This document shows positions 11,059-22,870 of a DNA stretch of 64,000 bases, in pieces; the first letter of the stretch is position 1; every line of letters starts with the position of its first letter. The notes below the pieces were generated by a model. That model saw only the letters and a list, made by a program, of their open reading frames with translations. It made no database searches and was not told the origin of the DNA. The stretch comes from Pseudovirgaria hyperparasitica (taxonomy: Eukaryota), in NCBI GenBank assembly GCA_010093815.1, contig ML996569.1. One strand, 5' to 3'. Position numbers and translations under genes: made by a program.

Positions 11059-12192
11059 TTACCCAAACATCTTCGTCATCGCTTGTTGGGCCAATTCTAC
11101 ACCCAAGAACGTTGCTGCATTAGCTGGTACTGCCCTTGCCATAGCAGGGCCCATACCGGGGAAAAACGCCTTCAGACCACCCTTTGAGTATAGTCCTTTC
11201 ACCACGCTACTTATTGTTGGGTTGCCATCTGCGCTCTGCAGTCTGCTCTTGATCGTGTCGACTGGAAAGACAGGCAGCCACATAGCCACACCAGCAGCAC
11301 CTCCAGCCGCACATACCGCTGTCAGACTTAAACTGCCAGGCTTCCCATTTTCATCCTTTGGCGTCAGTCTCCGCTTGATTGTCTCATATGTCGCGAAATA
11401 GACGGCTGATCCGGGCCCATCACGAGCAAGGGTCATGGCGCTCCCCCTGTATACACTCCTGATACCGCCTTCCTTGTATAGTTGACGGACAACGTCCATC
11501 TGGCCAGCGTATTTGGGTTTCTCGCCTGGCTTAAGGTCTTTCTGGCCTTGTATTTGAAGCAGAACCTTCACGCGCTCCATAGGGGCGGCGACGAAGGTCA
11601 TGGGGATAGCGGAGAAGAAGCCTGCAGCTGTGATCTGCCCAACGCTATATTGGTTGTCCTTGACTTCCGAGACCGATCGTACGAGCTGTTTTCCTACATC
11701 GTAACCCTATGAAGACTGTCAGGCATAAATCACCACAGGAGACATCACCACTATGGCAGTCAACATACCCAGAAGTTTACGGCGACTGATCTGATGTCAG
11801 TTCGGTCGAGTCTTGTCATCAGGACGGTACTTACACATAGGCGTCACACCGGTCAACGGAGCTGATACACCTGCATATAACGAGATTGGTCCACCTTTCG
11901 CAATCGTCTTCTTCACAACATCAATAGCGCCAGTGTACACCCCCTTCTCGGCAGTCTGCAGCCGCACTTTGACCAGATCAAAAGGATGTCCTACTGCCAC
12001 AGAGAACACACCACCAACAGCACCTGCAGCAAATGCACGCAAGCTCTCTGCAGACTTCTTTGTGCCTTCAACAACGTCCTCTTTTAGCTCCGCGGCAGAT
12101 GGGATCTCCTTCGGTACAGCATCTTTGACTTGTTCGACCGTGTGCTTTACCGTCTCTTGAACTCTCTCTTTTGTCTGATCTAGTGTTGGCAT
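11059..12192 (-). CDS. CRC1/acuH: Mitochondrial carnitine/acylcarnitine carrier
   Basis: Three carrier signatures (HPFDLVKVRLQT, APMERVKVLLQ, FPVDTIKSRLQ), GVTPMFAVNFWGY and RAVPANAATFLG. Introns 11834-11786 and 11768-11707 flank a 17-nt micro-exon. Confidence 0.95.
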
Positions 12193-12494
12193 CGTGTCCG
12201 TTCACTTCCTCACCTTCTCTCCCCTTTCACAGTGTGGTCGGCTATTGGTGAATATCGCGGCTTAGTGGCGGGGTTTCAATTGACGCACAAGCTGGGGCTG
12301 TATGGAATATGACGGCGCGGAGGGCTTTGAGGTGAGCGATTGCAGACGGTATGAACAGATGAATATGAAGGAGAGTCACGAGTGCGAACCGATTTTCTAG
12401 CAACCTATGCAGGTAATTCTGTCGCTGGCCGTAGTCGGCTATCCTAGCTGGAGCTCTAGGCTAGGCCGAGCGCCCAGAACTGGAGCTTTAAGAG

Positions 12495-12500
12495 CCGAGG
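12495..12500. promoter_or_regulatory. Putative FarA/Ctf1 fatty-acid response element CCGAGG
   Basis: Exact CCGAGG hexamer ~300 nt upstream of the CRC1 ATG. This motif is known from fungal fatty-acid/carnitine-shuttle promoters, but a 6-mer also occurs by chance. Confidence 0.45.
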
Positions 12501-12805
12501 CTCACGACGTCAACCACCGGTCCGCTAGGCTTAACAACCAAATCATTAAAATGCTGATGCGCTTGAAAGTCACTGTTACATCTGGTGACCTCTTCAATGC
12601 TCCACTAAATGCAGCTTATGATACGGATGACCACACATCTTGACGAATCGGCATTAAACATACATTAGAACAATTTGGTTTCAATCTGAAACCATGATAC
12701 CGCATATATTCTTCAGGGGTGCAAGTCCTAGGTCAGGGAATGGATGTTCCTCGCCTTGGTCTAAATCGTCACAGCCCACGACCGGATACCCCTAATTACG
12801 AAAAA

Positions 12806-13801
12806 TCAGCGACCTGCCTGGAGAGTGTAGCCACCGTCAACCGTCAACGTTTGTCCGTTGTAATACTGAGAGATTTAGCTGCATGTCGATGGTTCCCCTG
12901 GTCTGAACTCACCTGGTTGGTAGCAGCAAATAGTACCGCGGCAGCCATATCGCGGTCATTACCCGGGCGGTTTGCAGGTACTTTACCCTCGAACTTCTCC
13001 TTAGGAATATGGCTCTTTTGGTTCGCTCCACTATCTCCGGCCGTCATTTCTGATGGGAAAACACCCGGTGCAATATCATTGATGCGTATCTTGAGTCCAT
13101 TAGCTGCAACTTCGCTGGCGAGCATGCGCGTCAAATGTATGGCAGCAGCTTTGGAAGCATTATATGCAAAATGATGCTGGGGTGTCTTCACTTGCCCCGA
13201 GATCGAGGAAATGTTTATGACAGTTGCTGACCATGATGGAGTAGCCTCAGACGCGGCCTGCAGTAGAGGCAGCAGCGCCGTGGTCATGAAATAGAGCTGA
13301 GGAACATTCGTGCGGTATGTCTCTACCCAATCTTCAAAGGTTGCATCCTCAGGATCAAAGAGGTTCTTGGACATCTCCTCTGCGGACTCCGCTTCGGTTT
13401 GGTGCGTTTTAGAGGAGATGCCCGCATTGTTGATCAGAATATCGAGTCTACTTTCCTTGGATGAGATCTCTTGAACTAGTCTCTTAATGTCGGCCTTCGA
13501 GGTGATATCTGCTGTGATTGGGATGATCTGCCCGGCAATGTTCTGCCCATACGTGTCTCTCACTCGATCAAGCTTCTCATCACTCCGACTTGTAATGTAC
13601 ACTTTGGCACCATTAACGGCAAGAGCTTGGACAGCCATTAAGCCGATTCCAGTCCCACCACCTGTAATTTATAAGTCTCAAAAACAAGAACTGGAAATAG
13701 TACTCACCAGTAACAAGAGCTACTTTATCTTTGACGGCAAAGATTTTCTCCAACTTGAAGTCATCGTTGTTATGCTTCTGGGGATCTTCCGAGGCAACCA
13801 T
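12806..13801 (-). CDS. Short-chain dehydrogenase/reductase (classical SDR); possible longer isoform from ATG 14017
   Basis: ALVTG|GGTGIG Rossmann motif, LINNAG, NISSISG, YNASKAA catalytic YxxxK, IAPGVFPSEMT and last exon YYNGQTLTVDGGYTLQAGR*; two introns. Confidence 0.92.
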
Positions 13802-14279
13802 GGTGCTCTTTCTCCTTGATGTTGTAAACGTTCTATGTAGCCTAGTTGAACGATTGAATGTAAAGTTTGAGAAGTTGCGAGAATATTTTTGCGAGATTAC
13901 GAAGCTAAGTGAACGAGACTTTGTAACAGGTATGGAAGGTGGTGATGTCAGAACCTTCAGGGTGCTTTCCCGTGTGCCACAGCCTGACGTACGGACACGA
14001 CAAGCTAGAGAAGCCATGGCTATGGGGGGGAAAAGACAAGAGGTAAGTCAAATGCATTGAAACTTGCAGCCTGGAGTTAATCAACCAAGCACCGTCAATG
14101 CCGTGTCATCGGATTGTGCAGTCAGCATCGTATTCTGCATGGGCTACGGGGAAATGCCATCATCGTCGATCCCTGTATTAGCTAACAGGAGAGACGTTAG
14201 GGTGACGTTAGAACTACGAGCTACAGGTTCCATACCCAATCATTCTCCTAACAATAGATCCAGCGCTGATATGCCATCG

Positions 14280-16860
14280 TTATGAGAGGTACTTTCCCCC
14301 ACAGTAAATGCACACATCGCATGCATCGAAAAGTACTTCCTCAAATGGAGGCAGACTGGAACCTGGGGACCCACTTCTTTCGAAAGCTGCTCGAGACATA
14401 GCAGCAGTAGCAACTACATTTGTATTTTCTGTAGCTGGATCGTCTGCCCTGTAACGATGCTCATTGCGTGCCAGACCAGTCAAATCGTTAAGAGTCTGCA
14501 TACCACACATGCCGCATATTTTTGAGATACCAGGAGCTTGGATCGCCTGGAAAGTCAAACCGCAGCGCACTATCGTCGCTATCAGTAGTCAGTATACACG
14601 AATGATGCTATAGTACTTACAAAACTGATGCGCTTTCTCACAATACCCTACCCCGATATTGGTGAATGGTATCGAGCTCTTGCATATCTCACATAGCTCC
14701 TGACCCTCGGGTATAGGCTGGCCCAAGAGTCCAGCTTGTGCCTGTGATTGCGTAACGAGAATACGTTTGGCAATATGGCTTGTAAGGTCCATTAGTGGCA
14801 GGAATTCCTCAAGTGTTTTGAGATACAAGCTTGCAGTCTGCCTTCTCTGCGGTTGTTTGGTGCTTTCAGGTTCGCAGATGATGTCTATCGCGGTTCGAAG
14901 TCTGCAATTGAGCGCCTTTGGTCGCATCATCACAGCGTGCTTCAATTCTATTTGCAGCCTATGTTCATTCATATGATCGCTGGCAGACACAATTTTAGTT
15001 GATTTCTCATTGTGAGGTACGTTTGGACTCACTGAATCATTCTGTCTGTCTGTTTCATTTGCCAGTCAAACATTCTCAAGAGCTCCTGTAATATTTGGTC
15101 TCTCAATGTCGCGACCTTCTCTACAGAGTCAGGTTGATTGAAGAGCCACCTCTTGATACTATATGCAAGAGCTTCTATGCTTATGTCTTGGCTAGCGCAT
15201 TAGTACTCCGAGTTGACAAGCTTCTAATCAAGACTTACCTTCTGCCCACGTATGACCGAACGATTGTGACAAAGAGAATGAGTCTACTTGTTCCAATACT
15301 GAGCTAATCGTAAGTACGTATTCCATCTGGTGGGTTATCTTGTACTCGACCACATCTGATGGATGCAGACTACAACAGGTGACAACCAGATCTCCCAGAG
15401 GGGAATGAGTGAGGCCCCAAGTCCTGATCGCAACTCGGTCCCCCAATTCATGCAACACGCCAAAAAGTTTCCGCTGCTCACGAATCTGCTCTTGCCAATT
15501 CGGCAAGCTTTCTGGTTGTTTCGAATCCATAGGCAACACGAATTGCAATGGTGCTTCCCCTGCAGTCGACATAAGAGTAGTTGCATACAAACGTACTGGT
15601 AAGATCTCAGGCGGTGTCAATGCGACCCCTGCAGTCGAGTGTCAATACAAGAATGATGCATCTTTCATGGGCGTAGCTCACCGGTAACTGCATCGAGTCT
15701 ACCTCCGAGACTCCTTTCCGAGACCTTCCAGTATGAGTCGTTGACGAGGTCCATCTCAATGCTTGTAACACCATCCATGGAGAACGCGAGCAGTGTCAGG
15801 CTTTGCTGTGCAGTGATCTTTGGTAGCCAGATGAGTGGGGACCAAGATCTACCCTCACGCCTGACAGGATACTTGTGCACGGCCTTATTAGAACTCAGTT
15901 GTAGGGTTGTTCGGTGATCATCACGTTCTATCAGCTGTACCTGCCTAAACTGAAGCTGACATTGCGCAGTGTATGCGATTGTTGACGTCAATATTCCTTC
16001 TTGTGAATACCACGGGCTCCATGCGAGATCTTTCGCATAGGATTTTCTGCGGTAGCTCTCATTCAGTTTCAGTGAGTCTTCTGGGCCTTTATCCTTATTC
16101 TTGGTTGCTATGGTGAAGTGCTCCATCACCTCCACCGACCAGCGAAGAGATTGACAAGTATCTTTGGTGGTTTTTACGTTCATGATAAAAACTTCATTAT
16201 TTTCATTTGCAGCCATCAGGAGGTGTGCGCTCCATGAGCCTATATCTGATGCAGTTGGCACTCGCGTTGGACATGCCCAAGCAAATTGACGGATCCGACC
16301 ACGCAGGCGAGGCAAAGTTTCATCGACTGTTGGACCATCTGTGATTGGTGCTGGAAGTGAGAGATACCTTTCCATGGCTGTGTTCAAGACTAATACACGT
16401 GTCCAGCATGATGACTTGCGCGGGTCTCCAAGTGGAGCCCAGAGCGAGAGCCGTAGATTCGTTGTCAAGATCGCAAGCGCGCATCGGCTATACTGTGCAA
16501 GACCGGGTAGTGACCATTTCATAACAGCGATCTCACTCTCTGATTGCTCTTCTCCAACCGACAAGATCTTGCTCGACGTGATTCTCATGCGCGGGAGCTC
16601 TTCAAACGCCCAAAGATTAACCCGGAACTGGACTCTGTGCCAATCTTTGAATTCTCCAGTGACTGAATCTTCACTTCGAGGCTGTACTCGGCCATGTCGC
16701 GGTATCTAAACCAGTAAGGCATTTGTCTCAACCGGCACGGAAAGCTTACATAAACGTCTACATGGTCTCTTATTGCAACAGCTAGCATACCATCGTGAGA
16801 CCATGATAGACACTCAGGAACAGCAGGACGGTCGCCTTGCACGATTGAGGATCTGGACAT
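14280..16860 (-). CDS. sfc9: Transcription factor IIIC delta subunit (TFIIIC90/Sfc9-like) with C-terminal zinc finger
   Basis: Multi-exon. N-terminal CLSWSHDGMLAVA and WSLPGLAQYSRCALAILTTNLRLSLW (TFIIIC_delta-like); C-terminal CEIC...CEKAHQF.RCGLTFQAIQAPGISKICGMC...CDVCIYCGGKY (zf-TFIIIC-like). Confidence 0.85.
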
Positions 16861-17386
16861 CGTATCTGATCTCGAGTGTTGAGGGACCGGTCGCGTCACT
16901 TGTCGGGTAGAAACACGCTTCAAACTTGACGCGTGAGTCAACTACAAGTAGTTTACGAGGAAGAAACGTTTTGTCGCTATAGCCAGCTTCTAATTTGAAC
17001 AGTCTTCCTCCCCGAAATTGACTCGGGAATGCGTATCACCTTGACTTGACCGAAAGTTTCGCATGATGTGGTCACTAGTAAAATACCGATGTGACTTACT
17101 CACTTGTAGATGACCAACACAATGCGAGCCTGAACGTGCCGTTCAGAGGTCGAAGTTAGACATTGTTATATTTCTATAGACGTGAAATACCATTAGTGAA
17201 GTAAGGCTTCACACAATGGCTTGGCGGTCACGTGGTCAGATCCAATGCTACAATCTCGAAGCTGTGCGCTCTCGATATAGTGCGGCACAACATTGACGAA
17301 TATATACTGCACGCGATCCGGGGTATCTATAAGTATCGTACAGCGCCCCCTTGCTGGTCAAGCCTTTAAGAAGGTCCAATGCCTTT

Positions 17387-18962
17387 CTATTTGCCCTTCT
17401 GCCCTTCCATAGCTTTCATAATATCAGTAGCATTGTTCTTATCACCCCTTTTCTTTTTCGGTCCTCTCTTACGCTTTGTACCTCCTCTCTCAGCACCATC
17501 AGCGTCACCGTCGCGACCCCATTCTGAAAGCTTGATATGATCACCACCTTCCATTTCTTCCTCATCCGCGAGCCGACTAGATCCAAAGCCCATGTCCATA
17601 TCTTCAAAATCCCGGTTCGAGCTGGCTAACATTGCCGCATGCTTTTTCTGGCGTGCTTCTTCTTCTTGACTAAGCTTTGGCTTCTTGCCATCTTCTCGAG
17701 AGTTGCGTAAAGCAGCAAGAATAGCAGGATCGTGGAGTGGATTGAAGGACGTTTCGGGTGTAACTTCGGGCTCATCGTCAAAATATTTACGCTTTGCCTG
17801 AGGAACCGTGTCTGTTGCTTTAGGACTTGGAATGGATGCCTGAGTCTGCAGCCTCTCAAGACCCTGAGACGGCTTGCTCTGCGTACTGGCTTCAAGCTCG
17901 CCGTCCTCTTCTTCTGATGAATCGCCCTCATCAACAACAACTCCAAAGGGATTGTAATCTGTTCCTGCATCTGCAAACATATCTTCTTCCTCTTCTTCTT
18001 TCACGGGTGACGGCACGGGTTGCTCGGGCATAACAACGTCGGTGCCGAGTACGCTTGCCTTGACTTCAGGTTCGTTGGGATCAGCCTTGACCTTTCGGAC
18101 TTTCCGCTTAACATTGCCTTCTGCGTCGGTTACAATCAGGACTTCCCTTCCCCTGGCATCGGTCTCAAACCTCGACTCTTCTCTTTTCTCACCGATCCTC
18201 CGAAATTTTGAAGATGCGGCGGCCTTTGTCTCAGTAGCTGCCTGCCTTGATGCTCTCAATTCCGCCAAGAGGGCGTTCCGATCTCGTTTTATTCCACCGG
18301 TTGCAGGAGGTGCCATCTCTCCTCTCTTCAGCGATCTCTGCCTTTGGATCGGTGCTACTGATTTATCTTGAAACTCGTCGAGCGCGCCATCGAGATCCTC
18401 CACAATATCCTCCTCGGGATCCTGCTCTTTTGACGGGCTGTTCATCACATCTTCGCCTCTTTTAATCCTTTCGAGCAGTTTTCTGTCCAGTCCCTTGACT
18501 AGATGTGTCGAGCTTATGTCGCCTCCTGTGATTTGGTCGCGTAGCTTTTCGAAGGTCGCTTGGTCAATCTGCTGCAGCTTCATTGATTCTTCCAACGCCT
18601 TGATTCTCTTTCCCTTGTCGTCATCTTCTTCATCCTTTCTGCTCTGTGTGCGATCTGAATAGCCAGCAGCGAGCTTCGTGCCCTTGGGTGCTGCACTAGA
18701 GCGGAATTTCTTGCGTTGCTGGTTCTCCGCCGCTTGCTCGAATAGTTGGCGTCTGAAGTCATTATTCGTGCTTCCTGGCGTGTGGCGTCTATAAGTTTTC
18801 AGCGAATTTCCTCAGTCGTGACATGTGTACTCACGGTGTCATGAAACCTCGTGCTCTTGCGCCGAATGGTGTTGCGCTCGGTTGGGGCGTTGTCTGCGTG
18901 CCATTTTCAGGTTTTGATGTCGACTGTTCGAGAACAAGCTTTCTGAACTGTGAGTTATTCAT
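17387..18962 (-). CDS. RED/IK-like spliceosomal protein (RED_N domain)
   Basis: Start MNNSQFRKLV, intron 18834-18789, KKFRSSAAPKGTKLAAGYSDR, GGDISSTHLVKGLDRKLLERIK, basic C-terminus KRKRGPKKKRGDKN. Confidence 0.85.
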
Positions 18963-19740
18963 TGAGGCTGAGTAGTAGGGCTTTCTCTCAATATTAGATT
19001 TCGTAATAGGAACTTGGGTGGATAGCTAGCTGACAAAGTACGGTGTCCCGTTAGGTAAGCTAGCGCTGTTTAAGGCTTTCAGGTACATTTGAACGACCGT
19101 AGTAGATAATGGCCTCAGACCTGAGGCATAAACATAGAAACCTCAATCACGACCTATATTCCCCTATGGCAGCCAGCAACTATGCCGGGCCATGCTCATG
19201 GCCATGGGTCTGACTATGCATTCAAAGGCAACTCTACAAGATATCATGATGAGGGCGCCTACAGAAATGTCCTCTAATAACATCAGCAAGTAAGACAACA
19301 AGGCAACAAGGTCGGTCGACCCCCAAGACACAGGCCCAAAAACTCGAGATTCGCATAATTACAAGTACAAGGCACAATTAAAACCATCATTCGTCGAGCA
19401 ACTAGCACTTTCACTGCACGATGTCAACGTCAATTAAGGAAGAGAGAAGGTTACTTATCGTGCATGATATGCTCTTCAGGTGTGCAACTCCCTATTCGAG
19501 TCCTTTGAGAAGCGCAGGCACAGTGCGTTCTAACCTTGGAAAACATCAGCCAGTGATCTAGGTGGAAGGTATAACTGTCAGGTTCGTTCCTACTGTGGAT
19601 CTAGATGTATGTCAGACCTAGTTTGCTTCTTCCAATGGGTCTCTAATACTTCTGACTCTTCATCCGCTTTTCATTTACCCATTTGCCAACCTCTCTCAAC
19701 ATCTTTATTTGTCTTGACCATCGTTATCACATCAGCCAAT

Positions 19741-21096
19741 ATGGATATCGATATCCAAGACGTCAAGGTCACTTCATGGTACCTGAAAGGATTTTTGGCT
19801 ATCAGCGCGGTCTCGGTCTTCCTCTTGCTCGTCCTGGGTATCCTATACCTCGCGTTTACCCTGCGACACAGGGGCCTCGCACAACGATCAAGCACATGGA
19901 GAATCTACTTTCCTCTGGCTGTCTTTGCGCTTCTTGTGTAATATTGCCCTACTTCGCTATCGGTATGCACTAACATACTCATAGCGGATACGTCTTGAGT
20001 ACTGCAGCGTTCGCGTTGCTCCTTTCTCGCCGCAAAATCCTAAGTGCCACACACCTCGAATTTGCTTCGAGAGCCTTCTTATTACTTGGACATCTGTTAT
20101 TGTACTTTACTATGATAGAGATTCTTCTGGGTACTAGGAATTCTCGCCAGCGGTCCCAAGCCTGGTCCTTGCTCGCTCGCATTGCGTATGGCCTGACAAC
20201 ACTTGTTTTCGTTTCCTACATCATTGTCTCTACCATCTTTCAAATCAAAGGCAAAGATGCGTTAGGACTGGAGCTTGAGCTCCTGGTATTGTCCAAAGTT
20301 CAAGCCATGATGTTGCGTCTAGCCACAGCAATCTTTGCGCTAGAAATCGTGTTGCATTCCTTGATGCTTCTGATATTCCTACCGGTGATCGCTTTATTCT
20401 TGGCCAAATCCCGACATGACCGAGGCACCAGTAGCAGGGTACGTGCACAGCATGTAGAGCTATCAAGCTGCTAGCTGACTACTACTTCAGGCCGTGCTTG
20501 TGGGCGCGTTACTGATAGCTCTAGTCTACGTTCTCATGGTTGCTTCCGGGATCACGCCCGCGGCAATTGTCCTTAGTGCGCGTTACCAATACTCCCTGAA
20601 ACGGAAGCTTGTCATTGGAGCACTTGCGGCACTCATCAGACTTCTAGCCTTGTCCATAATCCTGTTGATCAGGTACAATATGAACACCTCGATACCATCA
20701 GTCAGCGGAACAGATACCTACAATCCCGAGTTTGAACCACCTATGTCTTACATTACTCCTAATGCGGCCGGGCCATACAACACTACATCTCCTAACCCTG
20801 AGTCCGGCCCACATGTCCATTTCGATCATTCCGACGAAGATAAGACTCATCCGTCTACCAACATTGGCTCAGAAACAGGGTCTGCGTCTCCCGTAGAGTC
20901 TGACCCTACAAACGAAGGCACAAGTCGTCCTCCTACAGCAATTGACGCACGGACAGATCCTGACGAAGCAAAGGGAGACAACACTGAGAAGTCACCGTCG
21001 ACACTGAGCGAGGACAAACCTCAGCAGCGAGCCGATGCAGAGTCCTCTCAAACGCACGTCGTTATTGTTCAGAGAGTGCCTACAGCGCACTCTTGA
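19741..21096 (+). CDS. Orphan integral membrane protein, about 7 predicted TM helices plus S/T/P/acidic C-tail (~418 aa)
   Basis: Exons 19741-19937, 19985-20438 and 20491-21096 joined in frame by canonical introns with CTAAC/CTGAC branch sites; seven hydrophobic segments counted by eye. Confidence 0.78.
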
Positions 21097-22870
21097 GAGG
21101 AAAATGCAAGGCTTCTATGCTACTCTGTTCTACGGGAAGTCTGGGCTTTCTTGGTGCTTTGTATTCCATGAAGTTACTTTCGAACGGACACACGTCCATG
21201 TCTCCTTGTTGTTCTTGTTCTAGTACATCCTGTACTATACTTGTCATGGAACGAAGTCTCATCAGTAATTAATGCCTCGACAATTGTCCCAGAAGTCAAT
21301 CTCAGGCCGTGTCCCATTTGTGCCTTGCTAGCCTGACACGGTCAATATTTTTCATACTGTGATTTGAGATCGAAGAGCAGGTGTGCGAACAAAGGCGTGT
21401 GCAAAGTCAGTCGGCTTGCAAGTGTTTATAGCCCTGTATCTTGAGCCCAAATAACTTCACATCTCTTTAATGGACGATCTATTCCCTCTGACGCCGCCTA
21501 TACAACGACACTTCGAGAAAAGGAGTTATATCATTCACATCAGCCGAGTTGACATTAATATAAAGTACTCTCGAAAAAAGTTTCACAAGAGACCACCTAG
21601 GCAGCTAGCGATACAAGGATGTTGTAATATGCCATGCCTGACGTAACACATATATTGGTCACCAGTCGTCCAAGCATGATTGCAGGATCAGCATGTATTC
21701 GATCGGGAGGGTAGACTTTAGGAAAGTAAGTACGATTTCATTACAGCGGCACATGAGGGCAATATCCCAACTATGAACGACGAAGTTTAGCTTCTTAGAA
21801 GCCAAGCAACTCAACAGAACTGCGATACTGTTTGTTTATTTGCCGCTACAATGATTTGAGGATCATATCTCGTTCTCGTAGAGACGGAACTACAGCGTCA
21901 CATCAACGTCATCATTTACATTGCGCGAGCCCGATATTCCTTTTGCAAAGGTAGTGTAGCGCATGACCTACCACAGAGCATTTGCATCCGCTGAGCCGAA
22001 CAAAAAAAGGGGGCCAGCACACACACGATATATATTACCCTCCCTACTACTGCGTCAGATAATCCAAGGAATGCTAGTGCGATGCAAGGAACTTACTAGC
22101 GCGACGTTTAAAAAGGGCTTCTGGAAGATCTGAAAGGGCGCCATGGGTAGTGAATCAAGTGCATGGCATGCGCTGGAGTCTGATCCTGGCATCCTGGGCA
22201 TCCTGGCCGGGTTTGGGATGAGCGCACGCGCCTATATGCAAGATCGGAAGTGTTTGTCACATGCTGCAACATTATGATTTGATGGGGCTTCATTACACGT
22301 TTTTTCTATTGGCGGGGTTCAGTAATTGTTTTTCATGGCGCTGCACGAATCAGATCCGTCCTTTGCTCATAGGTGATATAGGCGAGTTTATGAACAGATT
22401 CAGGTGTTTGGATACTGTCGCGGGTGTAACTATCGGTTGTGTACATAGCGTTAATGCGAACATCATGATTCAATTAATCTTTATCAAAGAGTCCGCGAAA
22501 ATAGTTCGCATAGGGTCGTACCTGTAGTAGCGAAGCCAGGGGATGTTTCATGCACTTGACCAATTTCGCATTTGCGAGGCCGTAAGACGTCATCCTATTC
22601 ATGAAGAGATCGGACAGATGAGGTGCCTAGTCACCGTAACGGACTTGGTGGTACCTCGTAGTGAATGGGACTACGTGGCCCTGTCTTGAATCCCGCGAAG
22701 GGCATTGCATTGAGGATGATCGCAACGAGCGTCTCTTCGTACGTTTGGTGTAGCGTAGTGTAGTACCTAATCTAGAACTAAGACCATGAAGTCGTCAAGA
22801 TCTATCTGAACATCATTATTGCTGCGCAACATCACTAGTCAGAATTGGGGCCGTCGCTGGCCTGTTCATA

